Shown one piece after another: positions 9,001 through 16,777 of a stretch of 64,000 bases of DNA (within the stretch, counting starts at the first letter, position 1; each line of letters starts with the position of its first letter). The notes under the pieces were generated by a model. That model was given only the letters and a program-made list of their open reading frames with translations, was not told the origin of the DNA and did no database searches. The DNA is from Bacteroidales bacterium (GTDB taxonomy: Bacteria > Bacteroidota > Bacteroidia > Bacteroidales > FEN-979). The translations under genes and the position numbers were made by a program. Location: positions 4,242-68,241 of the forward strand of contig JALNZC010000018.1 in NCBI GenBank assembly GCA_023229525.1. The letters are read 5' to 3'.

Positions 9001-10152
9001 ATGGATTCCCTTCTTGACTTTCTCCCCGAACTGATCTCTTTGAGGAAAGAATTGCATTATAGTCCGGAAAATTCGGGATGTGAACATTTTACAGCTCAGA
9101 TATTACGCCAGTTCTGTTTACCGCTAAATCCGGCCAGGATCGTTGATAAATTAGGGAAAACCGGTCTCGCCCTTGTGTTTGAGAGTGGACAGCCAGGGAA
9201 AACACTGATGTTCCGTGCCGAAATGGACGCTCTGCCAATCGAAGAAGACATTGAAATATCCTATTCATCCCCAAACAAAGCGTTATCGCATATATGCGGT
9301 CATGATGGACACATGACCATTCTTTGTGGTCTGGCCTTTTTACTTCACCTGCATCCCATACAACATGGCCGGGTGATCCTGCTCTTTCAACCCGCGGAAG
9401 AGACAGGCAAAGGAGCCCGGATGATTCTTGATGACCTGAAATTCAAATCGTTACAACCGGATTACATTTTTGCCCTTCATAATATTCCGGGATATCCCCG
9501 TCATTCGATTTTAGTTAAAGAAGGTACCATTACCATGGCCTCAGAAGGAGTAATGATCTCGCTCAAAGGACATGCAGCCCACGCTGCTTATCCTGACCAG
9601 GGAATCAGTCCCCTCCCTGCCCTGATGGAGATAATGGAAAAACTTCCGCACCTGGTGACAAATAAGCGTATTTATAAAAATTTCGTCCAGTTGACGATAA
9701 CCTACTTAAAAACCGGTCGCTTCGGATTTGGTACCGTACCGGGGAATGCCGAACTGGCAGTGACCCTGCGTGCCGAACAAGGCCCGGAACTGGAACGGTT
9801 GCATCAGGAGATGAAGCGGATGGTAGCAAAAACTGCGAAACGCTTTTACCTGGAGGAGCAATTAAACTGGTTCCAACCCTTTTCTGTGACCGGGAACAAT
9901 CAATTTACTGTTAACGCCATCAGGAAGGTCGCCATCAGGTCTCAATTTCCCCTTATCGAATTGACCGAACCTTTCCGCTGGTCAGAGGATTTCGGGCAGT
10001 TTACCGACAGCTATCCGGGCGCCATGTTTGGACTGGGAGCCGGAGAAAACCATTCAGACCTGCATACCTGGTACTACGATTTCCCGGATGAAATTCTGGA
10101 AACCGGCATTAAGATGTTTTACGGGATTATCCAGGATTTGTCGAATAATTAA
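9001..10152 (+). CDS. M20-family amidohydrolase (aminoacylase/hippurate-hydrolase type)
   Basis: The CGHDGH metal-binding motif and the LFQPAEE block are typical of M20D amidohydrolases. I prefer the ATG at 9001 to the TTG at 8956. Confidence 0.85.
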   Translation: MDSLLDFLPELISLRKELHYSPENSGCEHFTAQILRQFCLPLNPARIVDKLGKTGLALVFESGQPGKTLMFRAEMDALPIEEDIEISYSSPNKALSHICGHDGHMTILCGLAFLLHLHPIQHGRVILLFQPAEETGKGARMILDDLKFKSLQPDYIFALHNIPGYPRHSILVKEGTITMASEGVMISLKGHAAHAAYPDQGISPLPALMEIMEKLPHLVTNKRIYKNFVQLTITYLKTGRFGFGTVPGNAELAVTLRAEQGPELERLHQEMKRMVAKTAKRFYLEEQLNWFQPFSVTGNNQFTVNAIRKVAIRSQFPLIELTEPFRWSEDFGQFTDSYPGAMFGLGAGENHSDLHTWYYDFPDEILETGIKMFYGIIQDLSNN

Positions 10153-10156
10153 AACA

Positions 10157-10774
10157 ATGATTAAAATAAAGATTAAAACACAGATTAAAACTTTATGTGT
10201 TTTTTGTGGCTCCAGTCTTGGAAACCAACAGGTTTTTACCGCAAAAGCCGGAGAATTGGCGGAAATTCTGTGTAATAAGAATATCACGTTGGTTTATGGC
10301 GGCGCCAATGTAGGGCTGATGCAGGTACTGGCCGATACAATGCTTGCATCTGGAGGAAAGGTTGTTGGCGTTATGCCTAAATCGCTTGTGGAGCGGGAAG
10401 TTGCTCACAAACAACTTACGGAAATGCACATCGTGGCAGATATGCAGGAACGGAAAGCGCTCATGGCCGATCTCTCGGATGCATTTATCGCCCTTCCGGG
10501 GGCCTATGGCACACTGGACGAACTTTTTGAGATCCTGACATGGAACCAGCTCGGAATCATAAAAAAACCCATCGGTCTGCTCAATATCGCGAATTTTTTT
10601 ACACCCTTGCTTGCTATGCTCGATAATGCCGTAAAGGAAAGATTTCTCCGGATCGAACACCGAAACATTCTTCAGGTAGCCGAGGATATTTATGAGCTGT
10701 TTGAGAAACTCGAATCCTTTCAGCCGGTCACCGCCGAAAAATGGATCGAACGACTTAAACAAGGAAAAATCTAA
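10157..10774 (+). CDS. LOG-family (TIGR00730) nucleotide phosphoribohydrolase
   Basis: LCVFCGSS, YGGANVGLM and PGAYGTLDELFE motifs. The ATG at 10157 is chosen because the upstream extension overlaps the M20 gene. Confidence 0.85.
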   Translation: MIKIKIKTQIKTLCVFCGSSLGNQQVFTAKAGELAEILCNKNITLVYGGANVGLMQVLADTMLASGGKVVGVMPKSLVEREVAHKQLTEMHIVADMQERKALMADLSDAFIALPGAYGTLDELFEILTWNQLGIIKKPIGLLNIANFFTPLLAMLDNAVKERFLRIEHRNILQVAEDIYELFEKLESFQPVTAEKWIERLKQGKI

Positions 10775-10903
10775 TTTGAAAATTTGAAAATTTGAAGATT
10801 TGGGGATTTGAGGATTTGAAGATTGAGGGATTTGAGAATGAATATTAGTTTTGATTTTTGAGTTGTGGTTTTGAACTTTGAATTTTGAGCTTTGAACTTT
10901 GAC
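10775..10903 (+). repeat. composite family D element: (gatttgaa/gatttgag) array - ATGAATAT core - TTTTGATTTTTGAGTTGTGGTTTTGAA module
   Basis: Begins the nucleotide after the LOG stop (10774) and ends 10 nt before the next ATG (10913). The right half is near-identical to 25612-25676. Confidence 0.9.
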
Positions 10904-10912
10904 TATACAAAG

Positions 10913-11470
10913 ATGTTGATTATTGGAATAACCGGGACGTTGGGAGCAGGAAAAGGAACTGTGGTTGAATATCTTGTCAGTGAAAAGGGTTTTCATCATT
11001 ATTCAGTCAGGGCATATCTTTTGGAATTCATACGGAAAAGCGGGATGCCGGAAAACCGGGACAGTATGTTCCGACTGGCCAATGAACTCCGCTCCCGGTA
11101 TGGGCCATCATATGTAACCGACCAGTTATATCTTCAGGCCCGAGCGGCTGAGCATCGTTGTATTATCGAAAGTATCCGTACTCCGGGCGAAGTCATATCG
11201 TTGCGGGAAAAGGGGAATTTCTGCCTTTTTGCCGTGGATGCCCTGCCTGAAACCCGCTACCGTCGCATTCAACTCCGGCAATCGGAAACAGATGGGATCT
11301 CCTATGAAACCTTTCTTGAAAACGAGCAGCGAGAAATGGGAACCACGGATCCCAATATTCAAAATATCACCGAATGTATACGACTGGCCGATTTTGTTTT
11401 TTATAATGATGAAGAAAAGGAGGACTTGTTCCGGGAAGTGGAAAAGGCCCTGCGGCAAATTAGTTTGTAA
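10913..11470 (+). CDS. P-loop nucleotide/nucleoside kinase-like protein (dephospho-CoA-kinase-like AAA family)
   Basis: The N-terminal Walker A motif GITGTLGAGKGT and the ~185-aa size fit the small NMP-kinase fold. The specific substrate cannot be called from sequence alone. Confidence 0.6.
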   Translation: MLIIGITGTLGAGKGTVVEYLVSEKGFHHYSVRAYLLEFIRKSGMPENRDSMFRLANELRSRYGPSYVTDQLYLQARAAEHRCIIESIRTPGEVISLREKGNFCLFAVDALPETRYRRIQLRQSETDGISYETFLENEQREMGTTDPNIQNITECIRLADFVFYNDEEKEDLFREVEKALRQISL

Positions 11471-11485
11471 TGGCCAGTTTGCGGA

Positions 11486-14044
11486 TCAATACGTCCTTAT
11501 CCGTTTTGATTTCAGAATATATATTCCCGATGCTGCAGAAGAAAGATCAAAGGTAAAATCCTTCTCTCCTTTTCCATAAATGCCAGCCATTCTTTTTCCG
11601 GCACAATCAAATACAGTGATTTCCCTGATTAGATTATCATTGCGGTCACCGGTTATCCTGAAAATTCCATGGGTGGGATTCGGGAAGATACGTATAGCAT
11701 CGGATATAGGTTCGTTAACTCCGACAATAGTCCCGTTTATCAGGATATCATCGATGCAAACACCAAATCCGAATTTGGCATTGCCTTCAAAGGCCAGCTG
11801 AAATTGGCTGGAAACGACCGGTAATTGTATGATCTTCTCAGTCCAGGCAGTAATCGATTGTGCGTAATTTTGTAATGAAATCCATGAATTTGCAGGATTG
11901 GTCCGGTAAAACACCGTAAGTTCATCCTGTCGCGTTCCCCAACGCTGCATGAACAGCCAGAACCTCAATTCAACATTGCTGTAGTTTGACAGATTTAAGA
12001 CCGGAAGGATAAGTTTATTTCTGTTGGGCGCTGTCGTTTCATCTTTCAGGACGGCATTGCGGATACCGGTATGCGCATCAGCCGGGAAACCGTACCCTAT
12101 GCCGGGTCCATTACCCTGGCAAAAGAGCCACGATAGGCCATTGTTTTCTTCGGTCCAGCAAACTGGCAGTTCGATATTGGTTTCAAAACCTTCGTTAAAG
12201 GGAAGGACTGTAATGGATTGGCAAAATGTAGAAGCATCAGAAGCGACACCAAATGAGTAAACGTCACCGGTAATCACGGACCAGGTCTTGTAATAATAGT
12301 GGGTATTCATTGCGAGGTCCATGTGGTTAAAAAGGGTGTCTGTGCCGGAATAGATGATGATTCCGCCCCCTGTAAGTGTATCACCCGGTAAATAAGGGGT
12401 TCCGTTAAGGGGGGTTCCGAAAATACCTGCTGTGTCATAAGCGATCACGATATGATCGACATCCGGATGGTTTAACCAGGTCAACCGTATCTGAGAGGTA
12501 CTCATGGGTGATGCGGTAAAATTACCGGGATCCTTGATGTGGGTTACGTTAACCGTAAATGAAATGGTGGTGTCGGCCGAGGTGACATTCATAAAAAACA
12601 ACCCTCCGGGAGAACCATCCTGAAGGAACGAGGTCGGGTCGGTGGTTTCGTTCATGGCGGTTCTTCCCGATCCTGACGAGTAGTTAGCGATATTGGGAGA
12701 ACCGTTGGTTGAAAGGGTACCTCCGGGTCTGTAAATGTAAACTTCATCGGGAGGGCCGTCAGCATTACCAACTTCGGTGGTATCGATCCGGTAAACAAGC
12801 AATCCGGAACCGGGAAGCGTACCTTCAAAAGTACCCTCTTTTTTCCGGTATTCCACGATAAAATATTGACTCTGTGTATAGGGTGAAGCGATCTTGTAAC
12901 AATTGTTCGAGGCTGAAGCCAGCGGATGCATGGAATAGGTACCTGAAGTGGTTATTTCAGGGATGGAATTAATCCAGGCGTGGTTCGTATATTTCCATTT
13001 CATGTATGCGCCCATATGCCCAATGCCGCTTTCCATCAGATCCCAAGGGCCGACGGGTGCAATCCCGTTATCGGTATAATGATACAGATCGGGTGCTCCG
13101 AGTGCATGAAACATTTCATGGCACAAAGTATTGACGGCGACCTGGGTTTCCGGTTGGAATGTATAATCGTATACCATTTTCCCGTTAATGTAAACATCAA
13201 AAGAAGTTAAGGCCCACCGGTGTGCCCAAAGCAATTCGGCCCACGCGCCGTTACCGCCGCGAATGACGAAGCAAACATTATCGACTTTCCCATCGTTATC
13301 GCCATCTAAATTCAGATCACCCGGTACCGGCGAATTGACATTGATCCATACCACCGCATCTCTCAGCAAGGTATGCTCCCGTAACTTTCGCTGGTTATCG
13401 TTACGGTATCCATCGGGATTGGTGACGGCATTGTATGGCTGAAAATAATTCCGGTTATGGGAATCCCTATAAGAAAGGTTGATTGTCAGATCACATGCAG
13501 GGTAATGGGTGCTGCTGATGGTAAATGTGTTATAAGATACATCCAAATAATAGGATTTCAGCGTAGTTCCGGAAGGCGGATTGAAGAGGTTATCGAAGGT
13601 CTGACGGGGAGTTGAAAATTCGGTATCGTCGTTAAAACGGATATAAACAACCAGGTTATTCATTGTCCCGGTATGGGGCGCCATGACTGACCGATCAACA
13701 TTTTCGGTATAAAAATCCCGGTGTCTGCGATATTCCTTCAAGGAGATTTTTGCCCATTTTGTCAACCCGGCACTAGTTGGATCAGCTTCACCAACCCGGT
13801 ATTTTGTCGGTTTTACGATATCGCCGGCGGTTTCACCATAGTAAAAATATCCGTCGTCGGCTTGAATGATGGTGTATCCGTTCTTATCGTGGAGCCAGTT
13901 AAAATATTCATCTCCCGAAACAAAACAGTCAATCAATACCCCGTTTGGTTGCGTTACCTGGTAAGGAAGATAACTGAAATAGGCGGCGCTGGCGTTGAAT
14001 ACATTGAGTACAAATATGACGAATAATAAGATTTTTATTTTCAT
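11486..14044 (-). CDS. secreted M6-family (immune inhibitor A-like) zinc metalloprotease with a T9SS C-terminal sorting domain
   Basis: 852 aa. Signal peptide, HExxH (LCHEMFHALGAPDLYH), a MAM/choice-of-anchor-J-like module (FNEGFE...CWTEEN), and a C-terminal IRIFPNPTHGIFRI...GIYILK sorting domain. Confidence 0.85.
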   Translation of the reverse strand: MKIKILLFVIFVLNVFNASAAYFSYLPYQVTQPNGVLIDCFVSGDEYFNWLHDKNGYTIIQADDGYFYYGETAGDIVKPTKYRVGEADPTSAGLTKWAKISLKEYRRHRDFYTENVDRSVMAPHTGTMNNLVVYIRFNDDTEFSTPRQTFDNLFNPPSGTTLKSYYLDVSYNTFTISSTHYPACDLTINLSYRDSHNRNYFQPYNAVTNPDGYRNDNQRKLREHTLLRDAVVWINVNSPVPGDLNLDGDNDGKVDNVCFVIRGGNGAWAELLWAHRWALTSFDVYINGKMVYDYTFQPETQVAVNTLCHEMFHALGAPDLYHYTDNGIAPVGPWDLMESGIGHMGAYMKWKYTNHAWINSIPEITTSGTYSMHPLASASNNCYKIASPYTQSQYFIVEYRKKEGTFEGTLPGSGLLVYRIDTTEVGNADGPPDEVYIYRPGGTLSTNGSPNIANYSSGSGRTAMNETTDPTSFLQDGSPGGLFFMNVTSADTTISFTVNVTHIKDPGNFTASPMSTSQIRLTWLNHPDVDHIVIAYDTAGIFGTPLNGTPYLPGDTLTGGGIIIYSGTDTLFNHMDLAMNTHYYYKTWSVITGDVYSFGVASDASTFCQSITVLPFNEGFETNIELPVCWTEENNGLSWLFCQGNGPGIGYGFPADAHTGIRNAVLKDETTAPNRNKLILPVLNLSNYSNVELRFWLFMQRWGTRQDELTVFYRTNPANSWISLQNYAQSITAWTEKIIQLPVVSSQFQLAFEGNAKFGFGVCIDDILINGTIVGVNEPISDAIRIFPNPTHGIFRITGDRNDNLIREITVFDCAGKRMAGIYGKGEKDFTFDLSSAASGIYILKSKRIRTY

Positions 14045-14102
14045 CGGTTCTGGTGGGAATTAATTTAATCAAGACAAAAATAGTATTTTCTTTTCAAAGA
14101 TG

Positions 14103-14110
14103 TACATTTG
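14103..14110 (+). promoter_or_regulatory. candidate -7 promoter box (TAnnTTTG)
   Basis: tacatttg lies 31 nt upstream of the dCMP deaminase ATG. Motif match only. Confidence 0.35.
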
Positions 14111-14140
14111 TTCTATTAATTAACTGTTAATCTGAAGGCA

Positions 14141-14632
14141 ATGGAAAATGGCAAAAATAAGCGGCCATCGTGGGATGAATATTTTATGGAGATAGCCGGT
14201 ACCGTATCTAAGCGGGCGACATGTGACCGGGGACGTAGCGGATGTGTCATTGCCCGTGACAAACAAATACTGGTAACAGGTTATGTTGGTTCGCCACGTG
14301 GTTTACCTCATTGTGACGATGTGGGTCACCTGATGAAAAAAGTGTTGCACGAAGATGACCACATCACCCAGCATTGCATGCGAACAGTGCATGCCGAACA
14401 GAATGCCATTTGCCAGGCAGCCCGTTTGGGCATTTCCCTCGAAGGTGCAACCCTTTATTGCAGGATGACTCCATGCCGGACCTGCGCCATGCTGATCATC
14501 AATTGTGGTATCGTACGTGTGGTATGCGAAAGGAAATATCACGATGGGACAGAATCGGAAGTGATGTTTCTCCAGGCAGGGATTTCCCTGGAATATGTTA
14601 ATGATGAAATCCAGGAGTACGAACGACAGTAA
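14141..14632 (+). CDS. deoxycytidylate (dCMP) deaminase
   Basis: 163 aa with cytidine/deoxycytidylate deaminase zinc motifs HAEQNA and PCRTCA. Confidence 0.9.
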   Translation: MENGKNKRPSWDEYFMEIAGTVSKRATCDRGRSGCVIARDKQILVTGYVGSPRGLPHCDDVGHLMKKVLHEDDHITQHCMRTVHAEQNAICQAARLGISLEGATLYCRMTPCRTCAMLIINCGIVRVVCERKYHDGTESEVMFLQAGISLEYVNDEIQEYERQ

Positions 14633-14649
14633 AACAGAGGTAAAAATGA

Positions 14650-15774
14650 TCAGTAAATTGCGACCATCCTGGTTCCATCGGATTTTACAAATCCGCGGAA
14701 CATAGCATTGGTATTGAATGGCATCGCAATATTTCCCATCCTGTCCAAAGCAATCAGACCACCATTTGCTTTTTGCTCCTTCAGTTTTTCCAAGATCAGA
14801 TATCCGGCAGCATTTTCCAGGGTCATACCGCGGTATTCCATAAGCGCTGACAGATCATAGGCTACAACATTCCTGATGAAGAATTCGCCATGGCCGGTTG
14901 CAGAAACTGCGCATGTTTTGTTTGAGGCATAGGTACCTGCACCGATGATGGGTGAATCCCCGATACGTCCTGCCATCTTGTTTCCCATCCCTCCGGTAGA
15001 AGTGGCAGCAGCTAAATTTCCTTGCTGATCCAACGCAACTGCGCCAACCGTACCATGCTTTTGTTCCTCTTTCCGGTCCGATGTACGAGGACCCAATTGG
15101 GAATGATCTTTGATTTTGTCCTTTTTCCACTGATCCAACCGTTCGGGTGTGATAAAATACGACGGATCGACAATTTCAAGCCCCTGCTCCTTGGCAAACC
15201 TTTCTGCACCCGAACCAATTAACATGACATGAGGGGTTTTCATCATCACCAGACGGGCAGCGGATACCGGGTTTTTAATGGTGGTTACCCCTCCTACAGC
15301 GCCTGCCAGCCCGGTTTTTCCATCCATGATGGAGGCATCCAGCTCGGCTTTCCCATCGGAATCCAGCACTGCGCCTTTTCCAGCATTGAACAAAGGACAA
15401 TCCTCCATGAAGCGGATTACAGCTTCAACGGCATCCATGCTGCTGCCGCCTTTCGACAGTATAGCGGAACCGAGCGTCAATGCTTCATTCAACTTTTTCA
15501 GATACGCTTCTTCCTTTTCTCCGGACATAGTCCCTTTTACGGGTCCCCCGGCTCCACCATGAATTACCAACGCCCAATTCCGTTCTCCGGATTCCTGATG
15601 CCGGAGGCCGGAAACTGAATCGGGATTCTGTGCCCTGAGCGAATAACTAATTATAAAGAATGAAAAGATCAGTGGCGCTAGAAAGGAGAAGGGAGATAGC
15701 AGACAGGAGATGGGAGACGAAAAAGTGAATATCGGAAAGAGATGATGTTTCTTCAAACCCGTTTGATTTTTCAT
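14650..15774 (-). CDS. isoaspartyl peptidase / L-asparaginase (Ntn hydrolase, asparaginase 2 family)
   Basis: HGGAG, the autoprocessing site HGTVGAVALD, and GAGTYA. I chose the start at 15774 (MKNQ...) because the longer ORF start lies inside dispersed repeat R1. The signal-peptide region overlaps ggagatggg-type units (15681-15725). Confidence 0.85.
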   Translation of the reverse strand: MKNQTGLKKHHLFPIFTFSSPISCLLSPFSFLAPLIFSFFIISYSLRAQNPDSVSGLRHQESGERNWALVIHGGAGGPVKGTMSGEKEEAYLKKLNEALTLGSAILSKGGSSMDAVEAVIRFMEDCPLFNAGKGAVLDSDGKAELDASIMDGKTGLAGAVGGVTTIKNPVSAARLVMMKTPHVMLIGSGAERFAKEQGLEIVDPSYFITPERLDQWKKDKIKDHSQLGPRTSDRKEEQKHGTVGAVALDQQGNLAAATSTGGMGNKMAGRIGDSPIIGAGTYASNKTCAVSATGHGEFFIRNVVAYDLSALMEYRGMTLENAAGYLILEKLKEQKANGGLIALDRMGNIAMPFNTNAMFRGFVKSDGTRMVAIY

Positions 15775-15797
15775 TGGATTTTGATTTTGAATTAATG

Positions 15798-15916
15798 TAT
15801 GAACCCCAGGCTTTGGACCCAAATTCCACCCAGAGTGCTGGGGAATTTATCCTGAGCGCCTTAACCCCTGCACCCTTTCTCCTTAAGGAGGGGCCGGGAA
15901 CATGAGGTGTTTAAAG
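15798..15916 (+). repeat. dispersed ~120-nt MITE/REP-like element, copy R1
   Basis: tatgaaccccagg...ggggaatttatcctga...aacccctgcaccctttctccttaaggagg...gaggtgtttaaag. It aligns by eye to the copies at 22216, 31781 and 37203. Confidence 0.8.
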
Positions 15917-16693
15917 AATACCCTTCAACATTGACGTAAAATTAACCAATCCACTGACCTGCAAAATGGTCAGGATGACTGAAAGAACGATGACCGCACG
16001 TATAAACCCGGCTCCTTTCTTCACGGCAAGATAAGATGCGATAAGCGCACCGCAGATACTTCCGGCCGAGAGGATCAATCCATAAAGATAGTTCACTTTC
16101 CCATCGATGAGGAAAACCAGGAGGGCAAAAATGGCGTAAAAGAAAACGATCAGGTTTTTTACGGCATTGGCTTTTACAAGATCGTATCCGACGCCCAACA
16201 CCAGCGACATAAGCAGGAAATATCCAACCCCGACCTGAATAAACCCGCCATAAAAACCGACAGCAAAGAAAATCAGCAATTGCCACCATTTGAGTGGCCC
16301 CGACAGCATCTTATGATTTTCTTTCAACCATTTATCGGGTTTATAGAAAAGAAAAAAGAGCATGATCACCATGGCGACCGACATGGCAATTTCTATTACT
16401 TTTGTTTCGACATCCACAGCCAGATACGCACCAAGGACAGCCCCAATGGTCGCAGGAATACCCAGCCAGACCGGCCGCATATTATCGAACATCTTCTGAC
16501 GGGTGAAACTGCTAACCGACGAAAGGGTCTGAAAGAAAATACTGATCCGGTTGGTTCCGTTCGCAATATTGGCAGGCAATCCGAGGATCAGCAATAACGA
16601 AAGACTGATCACCGAACCACCTCCCGATAAGGTATTGATGAATCCAACAAAAATGCCGGCTATAACGATGACGATGATTTCAGTGAGCGACAT
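15911..16693 (-). CDS. TauE/SafE-family anion (sulfite) exporter
   Basis: 260 aa, ~8 TM, with the glycine-rich TM pattern typical of the family (SGGGSVISL...). Confidence 0.75.
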   Translation of the reverse strand: MSLTEIIVIVIAGIFVGFINTLSGGGSVISLSLLLILGLPANIANGTNRISIFFQTLSSVSSFTRQKMFDNMRPVWLGIPATIGAVLGAYLAVDVETKVIEIAMSVAMVIMLFFLFYKPDKWLKENHKMLSGPLKWWQLLIFFAVGFYGGFIQVGVGYFLLMSLVLGVGYDLVKANAVKNLIVFFYAIFALLVFLIDGKVNYLYGLILSAGSICGALIASYLAVKKGAGFIRAVIVLSVILTILQVSGLVNFTSMLKGIL

Positions 16694-16777
16694 GGGAAAA
16701 AAAGTTATAAGTCAAAATAATTCAAAAGTCAAAAATGAGCCTATTCCGAAAAGGTTTAATTTGAAGAATCAAAGTTT

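Noticed and set aside
10193-10999. 268-aa ORF on the minus strand.
   Set aside because: It runs antisense through the well-supported LOG gene and across the family D array. It has low-complexity composition and no motifs.
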